DNA from: the human T2T-CHM13v2.0 reference genome, Homo sapiens
Length of the DNA: 64,000 bases
Assembly (NCBI RefSeq): GCF_009914755.1
Contig: NC_060937.1
Reading direction: 5' to 3' (one strand)
Numbering within the stretch: the stretch's first letter is position 1; each line of letters begins with the position of its first letter. The notes under the pieces are model-generated. The model was not told where the DNA came from and did no database searches. It saw nothing but the letters and a program-made list of their open reading frames with translations. Below, in pieces: positions 1 through 18,700 of the stretch. The translations under genes and the position numbers were made by a program.

Positions 1-149
1 GCATCTTAGCTTGACCACACCCCCTGACACATTTTTAGAGTGAAAAGGACACTGTCAACAAGACATAAAAAAGGATTCAGATTAAAAGGCTAGAACAATT
101 TAGGACAATCGCAGTAAATGAGGTCCATCCTAGGCAATCTGAGGCAGAT

Positions 150-910
150 GGTTTTCTTACTTACAAACCAGGTAAGGGGTTTTACATTTGTTCTATTGTG
201 ATGTGATCTGATAACTGCTTTAAAAAGTTTATTATTCTGGCTGTAATGTGGAGATGTACTGTGAAGGGAAAGAGAAGAAGCAGGGAAATCAGTGAATAGG
301 TCATTGCACTCGGGTATAGCATTGGAGATACTAAGAAATGATTGACTGTAAATTACAATTTAAATATAGTTGTGACTGGACATGAAGGTGCATGTGAGGA
401 AAAGCACAGAATTAAGCATGACTCCTAGGATTTTAATCTAAACAAGTGGGTAGACAGCATTGTCGTAATCTGAAATACAGAGCACTGAGGATAAAAGTGT
501 TGGTGTGCTGCAGGGCAGGTAAGAACTTTATCATGAGACTTATGTTTAAGAATTATTATTGTAGAAGGAATAGTTAATATCTTGTTATTGACCTTATATG
601 AGCATAGTATAGAGGATGAGCAAGTTTGGAAATCGTATAAATTTCAGGGGTCAAAAGAGGTGGAAGAACCAGCAAAGGAGATGGGTAAATGGCCAGTGAG
701 AAAGACAATTAAGAGTAGCAAGTGTTCAAGCAGGAGGAAGGCAGCCACTTGGCTAGTGTGCTAAGACTTGACAGGCACATTGAGACCTGGCCACTGGGCT
801 TGCCAATTTCAGGAACTCAGTGTATGATAATTAATACTTTTTCAGTGGAATCATGAGGACCAAAACCCAGGTGGACTCTGAAGAAAAGAGAATTGAAGAT
901 GAGTAGGTGG
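150..910 (-). mobile_element. Degraded L2 LINE fragments
   Basis: Purine-rich diverged L2-like blocks (attctggctgtaatgtggagatg, gaagcagggaaatcagtgaatagg, aagcatgactcctaggattttaatc). Boundaries approximate. Confidence 0.55.
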
Positions 911-1049
911 CAATGGTGATAGTGGTTAATATAAAACCAAACAAAAACACAGAGTTTCAAAAGTCAGCAAAAAAAAAATGATGTTTATAAGACCCCTATT
1001 CTATATTTCTTTTTCAATCTTTTTCTTAGATTTCTACCAGTCATATGAC

Positions 1050-1225
1050 ACTAGGGTCATATAACTACCTTACAGTGTGACCTTAGGCAAGTACTTTAAC
1101 TTCTTTTTCCTTAAACTTTTCATCTTTAAAATGGGGATAAGAAGAGTTGCTAGTCTCAGGTTGTTAAGAAGATTAAACTGGATAATGCATATAAAATGCT
1201 TGAAATAGCACCTCTATAATATTGG
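1050..1225 (+). mobile_element. MIR SINE
   Basis: MIR core gtgtgaccttaggcaagtactttaac...catctttaaaatggggataa...gattaaactggataatgcatataaaatgctt. Confidence 0.75.
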
Positions 1226-1559
1226 GGCTTTATTATTTTAAAATTATTATCATTGTTGTTACTATTACCACTCAGAGTACCACAAACATTTGTTTATCCT
1301 TTATCCAGGCTAACAGAGACCCCATGATAGGAACATGGCAACAAATCTCCCCTTCTCTTCCGTGGAAGGAAAAAATGCTGTTCTAAAACAGGAAAAACAC
1401 ACCCCGATAACACTACTGGAATTTTACACTCTGGTACATAAAATTTCATGCATACCTATAATTTTTTAAAACAGAAACTAAATGCTTAAATATTTATTTA
1501 AATTCACTTTTAAAGCCATGCATGAGCAAGCTTGTTGATGAGTTTCTACTATATAATTT

Positions 1560-1663
1560 AATAACAATAATAGTTACCATCTGTTGAGAGCCCACTCTAT
1601 GTAAAGAGCTGTGTTAGGCAGTTTACACACATTATCTTGTTTAATAGCCATGATACTTTTTCT
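1560..1663 (-). mobile_element. MIR, left half, split by the L1PA3
   Basis: aataatagttaccatctgttgagagcccactctatg...acacattatcttgtttaat; the element continues at ~7750-7850. Confidence 0.65.
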
Positions 1664-1927
1664 TTCTCTTTTTTTTTGGGGGAGGGCAGTGTTAAACATT
1701 TTATTTTATTTTATTTATTATTATTATACTTTAAGTTTTAGGGTACATGTGCACAATGTGCAGGTTAGTTACATATGTATACATGTGCCATGCTGGTGCG
1801 CTGCACCCACTAACTTGTCATCTAGCATTAGGTATGTCTCCCAATGCTATCCCTCCCCCCTCTCCCCACCCCACAGCAGTCCCCAGAGTGTGATGTTCCC
1901 CTTCCTGTGTCCATGTGTTCTCATTGC

Positions 1928-5751
<3,824 letters not shown>

Positions 5752-5814
5752 TATGAAGTTAGCTGGTTATTTTGCTCGTTAGTTGATGCAGTTTCTTCCT
5801 AGTCTCGATGGTCT

Positions 5815-6831
5815 TTACATTTTGGCATGATTTTGCAGTGGCTGGTACCGGTTGTTCCTTTCCATGTTTAGCGCTTCCTTCAGGAGCTCTTTTAGGGCAG
5901 ACCTGGTGGTGACAAAATCTCTCAGCATTTGCTTGTCTGTAAAGTATTTTATTTCTCCTTCACTTATGAAGCTTAGTTTGGCTGGATATGAAATTCTGGG
6001 TTGAAAATTCTTTTCTTTAAGAATGTTGAATATTGGCCCCCACTCTCTTCTGTCTTGTACAGTTTCTGCCAAGAGATCCGCTGTTAGTCTGATGGGCTTC
6101 CCTTTGAGGGTAACCCAACCTTTCTCTCTGGCTGCCTTTAACATTTTTTCCTTCATTTCAACTTTGGTGAATCTGACAATTATGTGTCTTGGAGTTGCTC
6201 TTCTCAAGGAGTATCTTTGTGGCATTCTCTGTATTTCCTGAATCTGAATGTTGGCCTGCCTTGCTAGATTGGGGAAGTTCTCCTGGATAATATCCCGGAG
6301 AGTGTTTTCCAACTTGGTTCCATTCTCCCCGTCACTTTCAGGTAAACCAATCAGACGTAGATTTGGTCTTTTCCCATAGTCCCATATTTCTTGGAGGTTT
6401 TGTTCGTTTCTTTTCATTCTTTTTTCTCTAAACTTCCCTTCTCACTTCATTTCATTCATTTCATCTTCCATCACTGATACCCTTTCTTCCAGTTGATCGC
6501 ATCAGCTCCTGAGGCTTCTGCATTCTTCACATAGTTCTTGAGCCTTGGTTTTCAGCTCCATCAGCTCCTTTAAGCACTTCTCTGTATTGGTTATTCTAGT
6601 TATACATTCTTCTACATTTTTTTCAAAGTTTTCAACTTCTTTGCCTTTGGTTTGAATTTCCTCCTGTAGCTCGGAGTAATTTGATCGTCTGAAGCCTTCT
6701 TCTCTCAGCCTGTCAAAGTCATTCTCCATCCAGCTTTGTTCCGTTGCTTGTGAGGAACTGCGTTCCTTTGGAGGAGGAGAGGCGCTCTGCTTTTTAGAGT
6801 TTCCAGTTTTTCTGCTCTGTTTTTTCCCCAT
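5815..6831 (-). pseudogene. L1 ORF1p, disrupted
   Basis: MGKKQSRKTGNSK...LQNHAKM in one frame, with two CGA>TGA stops at 6502-6504 and 6442-6444. Confidence 0.93.
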
Positions 6832-7737
6832 CTTTGTGGTTTTATCTACTTTTGGTCTTTGATGATGGTTATGTACAGATGGGTTTTTGGTGTGGATGTC
6901 CTTTCTGTTTGTTAGTTTTCCTTCTAACAGACAGGACCCTCAGCTGCAGGTCTGTTGGAGTACCTGGCCCTGTGAGGTGTCAGTCTGCCCCTGCTGGGGG
7001 GGTGCCTCCCAGTTAGGCTGCTCGGGGGTCAGGGGTCAGGGACCCACTTGAGGCAGTCTGGCCGTTCTCAGATCTCCAGCTGCGTGCTGGGAGAACCACT
7101 GCTTTCTTCAAAGCTGTCAGACACGGACATTTAAGTCTGCAGAGGTTACTGCTGTCTTTTTGTTTGTCTGTGCCCTGCCCCCAGAGGTGGAGGCTACAGA
7201 GGCAGGCAGGCCTCCTTGAGCTGTGGTGGGCTCCACCCAGTTCCAGCTTCCCAGCTGCTTTGTTTACCTAAGCAAGCCTGGGCAATGGTGGGCGCCCCTC
7301 CCCCAGCCTCGCTGCTGCCTTGCAGTTTGATCTCAGACTGCTGTGCTAGCAATCAATGAGACTCCATGGGCTTAGGACCCTCCGAGCCAGGTGCGGGATA
7401 TAATCTCCTGGTGCACCATTTTTTAAGCCCATTGGAAAAGCGCAGTCTTCAGGTGAGAGTGACCCGATTTTCCAGGTGCCGTCTGTCACCCCTTTCTTTG
7501 ACTAGGAAAGGGAACTCCCTGACCCCTTGCACTTCCCGAGTGAGGCAATGCCTCGCCCTGCTTCGGCTGGCGCACGGTGCGCACACCCGCTGACCTGCAT
7601 CCACTGTCTGGCACTCCCTAGTGAGATGAACCCAGTACCTCAGATGGAAATGCAGAAATCACCCGTCTTCTGCGTCGCTCAGGCTGGGAGCTGTAGACCG
7701 GAGCTGTTCCTATTCAGCCATCTTGGCTCCTCCCCTC
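6832..7737 (-). promoter_or_regulatory. L1 5'UTR with internal sense and antisense promoters; YY1 site near the 5' end
   Basis: Complete ~900-bp 5'UTR; CAAGATGGC at ~7717-7725; ORF0 remnant on + starting at 7285. Confidence 0.8.
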
Positions 7738-7749
7738 GATACTTTTTCT

Positions 7750-7850
7750 ATGTAAGTATGAATAACTCCATTTTTATAAATGAGGAGCCTGAAGTTTAGG
7801 GTAACTCATTAATTTTCCCAAGGCCACAGAGATGGTGCAGAGCAAAATAA
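7750..7850 (-). mobile_element. MIR, right half
   Basis: ctccatttttataaatgaggagcctgaagtttagg...ttttcccaaggccacagag. Confidence 0.65.
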
Positions 7851-8064
7851 GGATTAATGGACTCTACAGTCTTCCTCTTTCCATGGCACAAAAATGGCTC
7901 AGCTGTGTAATACATCTCTAAAACATCCATCGAGCTCTCACTCTATACAATGCTCCAATATATCAGGTGTGTGGGTACATGGATCATAATCCACATTATA
8001 CAAATTGGTAAACAGAAGCTCTGATAGATGACAGTAATTTGTCCAAGGGGACATTATTTAAAGA

Positions 8065-8839
8065 TGAAACGGGAGAGTTCCCTGACCCCCCTCACAGGAT
8101 GTGCTACATGGGTGTGGCTCATGTGTTCTGCCACTTTGCAAGCTCAAACCCCTTATGGGAGGGGGAACACAGACAGGCAGGTGCAGGAGCCCAGGCAAGT
8201 GCCCCTGGGCTCTGACCCCATGACAGTGTCCAGGGATGGGTGTCTGCAACTCCTGAAGCCCAAATAGGCATGTGTTAACGTATGCTCTTTTAGCCTTGCT
8301 GTTCACAGACCACTTAAGTGTTAAACAGCTCAGTGGACCCTCTGCCTTTTTGCAAGGACAGATGGCCAGAGTGACAACTTTCTTTATCCTGAGCTCTTGT
8401 CCGGTGTCCGGGAAAAATCAGGTCACACATGGACTTAAAGGACGAATGCAGGGGTTTTGTGGTGTGGTGGAGGTGGCGTTCAGCAGGATGGATGGGGAAC
8501 TGGAAAACGATGGAGTGGGAAGATGATCTTACCCTAGAGTTTGACTGTCCGGCTGCGGATCTCCTCTCTGCCCCCAGCCGAACGCCTCTCAGCGTTCAGA
8601 CGTTCCTTCCCTTTTCTCTACCATGCCTTTCTGCTGTTCTTCTGCTCTTCTGTTCATCTTCTCATCTAGCCAGGGGCTTGGGATTTATACGGGTACAGGA
8701 TAAGGGGGCGCATAGCAGGCCAAAAGGCAACTTTAGGGCGTGAAAGCAGGAGTACCTGTTCTCATTTAGGGCTGGGTGGGGCTTTTACTGGGGAATCGCC
8801 CTCTTCTGCCCAGTATTTCTCTGTCTCCTGTCCGTTTGA
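8065..8839 (-). mobile_element. Solo ERV1 LTR, LTR1/LTR27/LTR28 (HUERS-P) group
   Basis: Minus strand begins ..ACGGACAGGAGACAGAGAAATACTGGGCAGAAGAGGGCG and ends GGGAACTCTCCCGTTTCA; ~775 bp and GC-rich. Confidence 0.75.
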
Positions 8840-9839
8840 AAACAGATTCAAACTCACGCTTTTAGGCTGTGGGTCAGGTCTTCCTGCTTCACTAGGAAGC
8901 CTCCCAGTAGAGGATTGGGTTGTAGTAATGCTGGGAATGAAGGACTGAATAGAGGATCAAGTAAATGGTTTTTGTTTTAAATTTCAGCATAATTACTGTT
9001 ACATAAAGTATGACATTACAGTCTCAAAATTTGAAAGTTTAAAAATTTACATTGCAAACTTCAATTTTGGGGCTTAATTATATATTATGTTAGTTCAGAA
9101 TAGCTTAAACTTCCAATTCAACTATTTTCATTTTGACTTCTACTATTTAAAATATGATCCTGTATTACAATTATACCTTCTTGGCAAAAATAACAAATCA
9201 ATGTTAAGTTATCTTCTTCCTTGACAACTCCATAAGTCATATTATATTACCTCTCCTACTTGGAATGTCAGACAATCAGTCACTGGACCATTCCAGAGAT
9301 TCATTTCTATAAACAATATATTTGGATTGATATAAGTCTTTCAAGGGTCAGGTTTTCCCTATAATATTTTTTCTCTGTTATCCCAGAGTTTTCACGAATC
9401 TCATATATTTTTGCTTAATTATACCCTCTCTTACCACTTACTCCTAGGATCCAGTCTTGGATTTTGTTTTACATTCAAGACACCTTAAACTAAAAATACT
9501 ACAGAAAAAAAAAAAAAACAAAGATTGGATTCTAGATATTCACAGCACATTGTTGGCTTTCCTGAACTCTTGAAAAAAAAAATGGACATTTCTTAGAAAG
9601 TCTTTAAACATAAATTTGTGAAGATTTTCTAATGACATAACTGACTTGTTCTTTCCAAAGCAAATGTTTTGTAATACTTTCTATATGATTTTACAGTGAT
9701 GTCACTTCTGCCAACAAGTCTGTCTCTTTCCAGCATTATTCTAGAGAATATGCAGTAACTTCCTTTTCCCTTGAGATACCCTTGGCAGACATTGGAAATC
9801 GAAGGCAATTTTTAATTTCAGAACCAATAATAAAAATCA

Positions 9840-10030
9840 TTAATAGCATTGAACAGATATTAAATGTCAGACACTTTTGTAAGTTCTCTTTTTACCTGGA
9901 TCATCTTATTCAATTATTGGAGGAGTACTGTTCAGTAGGTGATATATTATCTCCATTTTACAGATGGAGAAGCTCAGACACCCAGAGTTTAAGCAACTTT
10001 TCAAAAGCTCTTAAGCAGGTAAATTACAAA
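9840..10030 (-). mobile_element. MIR
   Basis: attatctccattttacagatggagaagctcagacacccagagtttaagcaacttttcaaa. Confidence 0.6.
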
Positions 10031-11564
10031 GTAGGACATTCAAGCCAATCCAATAACCAACAGATTAACTAGTACTTTATGTTTCCTCAAATGAGCAGTG
10101 GTCACATCATACAATATCTTGGGATTTTAAAGTTTCTGATGAAAACTATGAAGGTGAGTATTTGGGTAAAGTTTTGTTATTACTTCACAGAGGTGTTTTG
10201 AGGCCCAAATAAAATTTATTTGAAATTATATTTTAAACATGGTGCACGTTTTGTCACTATCGGAATTTTAAATAATAGATTATTTCATCAAAGCTATCCC
10301 TTAGTTTTTGAAATGTCATTATCAAGTTCAGTGTTTTCATTCTACTCATTTTAATCTAAGTTGATTTTTGAAAGTTTTGAATAACAAATTGCTTGAAGGT
10401 ATGCACTGTACTTTCAAAATAGAATTAGATATTTCCTTTTTATTTCCCTGTGAATATCTCCCTATTTCTAAAAATGCTGAGTATTGAAATAAAGGGTTAT
10501 TAAAATACATAGCAAAAATCAAAGCAATGTAAAAAAAATTAAAAGGTGTCTGTGAAGGGAATATAGTTATCATTATTATACACAAATTTTAGCTCTAAAT
10601 CCTGAACTTTTTTATACCCCCACGGTTTCATAAGTGATTTTATGTAATGGTGGAAAATATACTAATTTTTAAGGCATACAAAATTTTAAGTCCCTATATT
10701 TCAAAATGAATTTGTCATATGGAACCTACTTTATGAATATTGAGTTGCAAAATAAATATCTTACATTTTTACTTTTAGAATGTGCTTAGTGATTTAGCAT
10801 TCATAAGCCAGTTGTTTATCTACATGGACTGTTATGAATAATATACTAAGGGGAAGAGGGAAAGAAGCTTTCTTATGATGCAACTTGACACAAGGCTAAA
10901 TGTAAACTATATAGTGACATTGTGGGTTACATATCCATTACCTTAACTGTTACTTCTCTAGGTCAAAAAATACTTAAGAAGCATGATTATATTCATTTTA
11001 TAGAAATACATGATTTATAGATGTTAAGTAGTGTGCCTAAGTTAAGAATTGAATTCAGGTAGGTCTACCTTCAAAGTCATGTTCAGAGTTTTTGATGTTG
11101 GAACCAAGCTTGGAAGCATTGCTAGAACTCTGCTGGGGGGAAATACGGAAAACATAGTATCCAGATAGAGAAACACATTTGCGAAACCTCAGGACATGAG
11201 AGACCACCCTTTACTCAGGAACCGGAATACTTCTTTGTATCGGTGGAGTAAGATTAGACTTCCATTTCAGAAATAGATCATGCAGAAAGTTCTAAGAATA
11301 ATACTTGATGTGGTCAAAAAAGAAGGGAATTTGAATGCAGTGAGTTGGGTATCAGAACCCCCAGTGTGTAGAACAGGAAAGGAGATCAAGTGGGAGGAGC
11401 TTCATAAGTCAAAAGATCACCCAGAGTAGAATAGGGACAGAAATGTTGTTGGATATGAGTTTTGATTAAATATTTCATTCTAAACCATAAGCTTCATGAA
11501 TGTAATGCTAATCATGTTATCTTTATCTCTATACCTCCAGTACTAGCCATAGTGCTTGAAATTG

Positions 11565-11791
11565 CAGGCAGATTTCCCATGAAGAAAATGAAATCTCTAA
11601 GCTTCAGGGTCTCTTCTTTACACAGATCCCTTCCAAGGCCTTGGGAGGGGCCCCAAGCAATGTGTTCGTAGTTCAAATGCTTCTGATAAACATCCATCAT
11701 TTCATAAAATATGTCCTTCTATAATATTTTATTAAAAACAGACTCCAAAATTATATCAGCTCAGGCTTCTACAAATCTGAATCCATCACTG
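11565..11791 (+). mobile_element. hAT-Tip100 (Zaphod/MER115-like) non-autonomous DNA transposon, inside an L2 3' end
   Basis: caggcagatttcccatgaag...aagcttcagggtctc...ccttccaaggccttgggagggg; ends gaatccatcactg (degenerate TIR); L2-like flanks on both sides. Confidence 0.55.
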
Positions 11792-11986
11792 CTTAAGATG
11801 TAGTAGATATTCAGTTAATATTTTGGGATTAATGAAAGAATAAAAAGGGAATTGAACGACAAGATTTATAAGAGAATTGAGAACTTTAAAACTATCCCTA
11901 AAACTTGGGGAATGTATCTTACAGTTGTTCAGTACCTTGCACATATTACATAGATACATAAAATACTTTCCTTAAAAAAATCACAT

Positions 11987-11988
<2 letters not shown>

Positions 11989-12019
<31 letters not shown>

Positions 12020-12060
12020 ATAGAGAGAGAGAGAGAGACAGAGAGAGACAGAGAGAGACA
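11989..12060. repeat. (TG)n(AG)n/(GAGAGAGACA)n compound microsatellite
   Basis: Directly visible. Confidence 0.9.
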
Positions 12061-12331
12061 GAGTCTTGCTGTCATCCAGGCTGGAGTGCAGTGGCACAAT
12101 CATAGCTCACTTCAGCCTGGAACTAACTACTCCTGGGATCAAGTGACCTTCCCATCTCAGCCTCCTCCTGAGAAGCTGGAACTGTAGGTGCATGCCACCA
12201 CACTCAGCTAATTGTGGTAGTTTTGGGCAGAGATGGGGTCCTGCTATGTTGGCCAGTCTGATATCAAACTCCTGGCCTCAAGCAATTCTCCCACCTCAGC
12301 CTCCCAAAGTGCTGAGCCGCCGCACCTGGCC
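12055..12331 (-). mobile_element. AluJ-like
   Basis: gagacagagtcttgct...gtggcacaatcatagctcac...cgcacctggcc. Confidence 0.85.
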
Positions 12332-15206
12332 TGAAAATATATATTAGTGTTTGGAGAAAGTATGTGAGAGGAGTGATAAATAAAAAGTAAAGGAACAAAT
12401 GTTTGAACCACCTCACTCCTCATGAAAGCCTGTATTCTAAAATAAATCAATTAAATGAAACTGAAAATATTGAGCTTTTTTTCATCAAATGATGTGATGG
12501 GGCATACATATTTTATTTTCTCTAATAGCTGTCAAGAACAGCCTTAAGCATCTCATTCTAATTTCAAAACAGATTTTAGAGGAAAGTGGGTAGCCACCTG
12601 GAGAAACAAAACCTTAATACATACAAATTTCAAAATATTTCTATAAAACAAAAGAGTCTATGAAAATTAAGTAAACTAGTAAAAGCATTAGGACGACCTT
12701 GAAGTGGTTTTTTTAACAAACTAGTAGGCATTCTGGAAATATTCATGAGAAACAGAACGAGGAATTTGAGAGACCTCATATCTGAAAATCTTCACTAAAC
12801 ATTAATTTTTATTTTTTAAATAAAGCAGAAGGAAAGATAAGAAAAAGCTCTATGCTTAATCCTATTTGTAATGTTCATGTTAAGAGAAGCAGCATTAGGC
12901 ATATTAATGTGTTTGCTTCTCTTCTAATTTATGATTCCCTTCTTTCTTTAATGAGATCTGCTCTACAGCCCATAAAATAATTGTTATGGTAAACTGACTT
13001 TTTAAAATTAGCTACACACCAGTTGGTCCAGAAACCTATTCCTCTAGACCATTCATGCACAAAATACCTTTGTGTGAAACCCTTTCCAAATGTGTAATGA
13101 CTGGAGTTAGTCCAGAAGTTTGCCAGCAGAGTCTCTCTGCGTGACTGTCAGTGGGAACAGCCTTACAATTTCCTTTCCTCAGAAGCGTTGCCGTGAGATG
13201 CTGTCATGCGGGCATGCTCAGGCCACTTGCAGGCTGACACTGAAACATACATTCAACCCCACTGCTATTTCCAAAGAATTTGTTTTCTTTAACCTGCAGA
13301 GATGCTACCTGACCTAGCGTCTGGTTGTATGGCAGAGTGTTTGAGGGAGAACCTGTTCAAAGTCACTCAGGAGAGCTGGAGGGAAATTTACATGGAAACA
13401 CGTAGCCTGTCCTTAGAACCATTAGCTCGTTGTTTCATACTCTTATGAACTGTTTTTCTCTGTGTGAACTCTGACACTGTGGTTGTTACTCCACCACAGT
13501 GACTCCTGATGGAAGAAGGGAGACTGAGCCAAGAGCAGTTGAATCCATCCTGTCCTCAAAGGGAGTTGGGGGAGCAGAGAGGTTCGTAAAATAGCCCAAT
13601 TCACAAGACATAGATAGAGTGTAGCACTAATAGTATTTCAAAGGAACTGTTTCAAAGTAATGTGGAGAGAAAGGGTTGAGATGGAGCATGCAAGCTCATT
13701 CTCCCCTAACACACTCCTTAATCAAAAAGGCTAACAGGGATGAACGCACTCCAAAGCGGTTACTGATTAACATAAATATTTTTGAAGTGGTCCAATTTGT
13801 GTTCATGGAAGCATTCCGCATATCTGGAAGAAAAATGAAGCTTTGTTTTGGAACAATTAATGTCAGTATCTTTTGTAATACTTAAAAACTCTAAGGGAAA
13901 ATAAACTGGAACCACCAAGGAGGCTTTAACATTACTTACCACATATTGCATTATTCTACTGAATTCTTTCTTTTTTTCTTTTCTTGTTGTTTTCTTTTCT
14001 TGAGAGCATGATCATTTATTGCGCAAAAGAAAATTACAAATTCCACTACCAACACTGACAAATAAATATTATTTAAGTCAATTTTATTATTGATATTAGA
14101 ATTGAGGACACGAGCATTAGTTTATTTACTTAATTTTACAAATATATTAAGAATCTTCTAAATGCAGGCCTTGTGTGGGGTGCAAGGAATCTAGTAGTGA
14201 AGAAAGTTAGTATACGTTGGAAATTCTCAGCATACATATACTACTTACATTCAATAACCTCTCTATATAAGTAGCACTCTGGAACTGATAAAATTTGGCA
14301 CTACTTTATTATATATTAATTGAATATTTGAAATTAAGAGGCTTGCTCAGTTCCAATAAAAATCTGTGTTAGAATGCATTGCCTCAAGGCAAAATTTGAC
14401 AGTATCATCTAAAACACCAAAAATGTCATTCCAAGAGGACAAGGTTTGAAGCATCAGGGACATCAAAGTATACATTTACAAAACTAGCTGAATAGGCAAA
14501 ATAATTGTATACTATAATTTTCAGCATATAATTTCAGTACCTGGCCCATATTCCCTTCAAATACATATGAAAAATATTTGAAAAAGGAGGGCATAGTAAC
14601 CATGCATTAATTAAAACCAGATCCATGACAAAATTTATAATTTTTAGGTATACCGAATTTCTATGTGTTTTATAAGATAGATCATCTGATAATACAGCTT
14701 TTGAGAGAAGATAATAAACTTTTTCAGTTTAACTTCTAACTTCTCTCTAAAGGAACATACCTATTCATCTTAAATATAACTTAAAGGAATATTGTGACTT
14801 ATTTTTCAGAAATTTTCTTTATGGCCAATTGCTAGAGAATAAGATGGTTGTGGATGACTAATACAGAGGAACTGCAAATGGAAGAAGTCATACGGGAGAG
14901 GAGGAGACGGAGCATAAGTCAGGTTGATACTTGCACTGTAGATGTTACAAAGGTAGGAGAGAGTACACATAGATACCAAAGAGATGGCTGAAGCAAGCAG
15001 CAAACCTCGCAACGCAACCAGGCACTGTCCAATGACTCTGTCCAGTGGTGGGGAACCGGGAACCAAAACTCTAATCTAGAGCTACATGTTTAAATGTAAC
15101 AGGTATAGGAGAATGCAGTCAGATGAAAATGCCAAAAACCATAAATATGAACAACAAACATAGTTAAACTAAACAGACTACGGGCCACAATAGCATCTTG
15201 GAAAAG

Positions 15207-15233
15207 GTGTGTGTGTGTGTGTGTGTGTGTGTG
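15207..15233. repeat. (GT)n microsatellite
   Basis: Directly visible. Confidence 0.9.
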
Positions 15234-15660
15234 AAGGAGTACAAAAATGGGGCTAAGATGCTAGAGAATTCAGGTGGGCATCAGACTGCATCAAATTGCA
15301 GTTAACAAATCTGCGCATTTGTAGCTGTTCTGAAACTTTTCAATGTCTATGCTTTAGTTAACTTCACTAATTTAAGATTAGATTTGATCCCTACAAGTGA
15401 AGTGATTTTTTAGAAAATAAGAGAAGGATGAGACATAACAAATAGTTGAATTCCATCTCTTAATAAATGTAATCAAGTGGTACATTCATAGACAAGCCTT
15501 GAACATGTATATTTTCAGAAAAATCAAATGTATTAGTCTTCAGCAAACCCAGCTTAACAAACTGAAAATAGTCATGTTTGTCAAGGAAGAAGTCCTGAAT
15601 CAGTGAATTGCTAAACATTTTCAAAACACATTTACTTCTTTTCTTACTTTACATTACTAC

Positions 15661-15954
15661 TTTTGTTACTTGAGACAGGGTCTGTCACCCAGGCTGCAGT
15701 GTAGTGGCATGATCATGACTCAGTGCATATACATGGCTCGACCTTCTGGGTTCAAGTGATCCTCCCACCTCAGCCTCCTGAGTAGCTTGGACTGTAGGCG
15801 TGTGCCACCATTTCCAGCTATTTAAAATTTTTTTTGTAGAGATAGGGTCTCAATATGTTGCTCAGGCTGATTTCAAACCCCTGGGCTCAAAAGATTCTCC
15901 TGCCTCAGCCTCCCAAAGTCCTGGGATTACAGACATAAGCCACTGCACCTGGCC
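15661..15954 (-). mobile_element. AluJ-like
   Basis: tgagacagggtctgtcacccaggctg...cactgcacctggcc. Confidence 0.85.
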
Positions 15955-16781
15955 CACATTCGCATTAAATGCATATGAAAAATATTTGAAAAAGGAGGGT
16001 ATTATAAACTTGTATTCATTCAAACCAGGCCCATGACGAAATTTATAACTTTTAAGTATACTGAAACTACATGTTTTATAAGATTAATCATCTGAGAATA
16101 CAACTTTTGAATCGCTTAAAATTTCACTGATGGCTTTCTTGCAGCTGCAAAAAAAAAAAAAAAATGGCTAGCAATGGCATAGATTAGGCATACAGAAAAA
16201 TAGGAAGACCCATCTTCAAATCAAATTGGCGGTCTCCAGAGTTGCATGTATCTGGGTTGGAACATAAGCTTCATTGAGGCTTTCAGAGCTTCAGTTTCCT
16301 GGGATTAAAGCTTGTTGAGGGGCTGGAAAGAGGTTTATGAAGACACAAATGATATCATGTGTATTATTACAGTGCCTGGCCCACCTGGCCTGATTTAATC
16401 ACAAGAGATCCCTTCCTCACTAACCAGGACCTCTGAATATTCACTCATCCACAGCATAGTACTAACCATTCTTCTGGAGGGAGGGGCCACCAATCTCTTA
16501 TAGGGGGGATCCTAATAGGTCCACCATCCTAGTGTTGTATATGTATGCCATATTTACATCACTAACCACAAGATCTGCAGCAAGACTGGCTTCAGAAATC
16601 CCTCCCTGAGACCCTCTGCAGAAGACTGCCCATAGCTACCTGATCCAAGAACAAATTGGCACTTTAGAATCCTGTCTGCTTTTTGACCAAGAGAATCGCT
16701 GATTTTGGCTTCATATCCTCTGAGCTACCAAAGACGGCCAGTTGCCCAACTAATCTGCAATTGGCTCCAGGTTGTAAGTAG

Positions 16782-18700
<1,919 letters not shown>

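Noticed and set aside
12880-13500. Possible enhancer with several TGACA/TGTCA motifs
   Set aside because: Repeat-free, but the motif density is not clearly above chance; needs conservation data.
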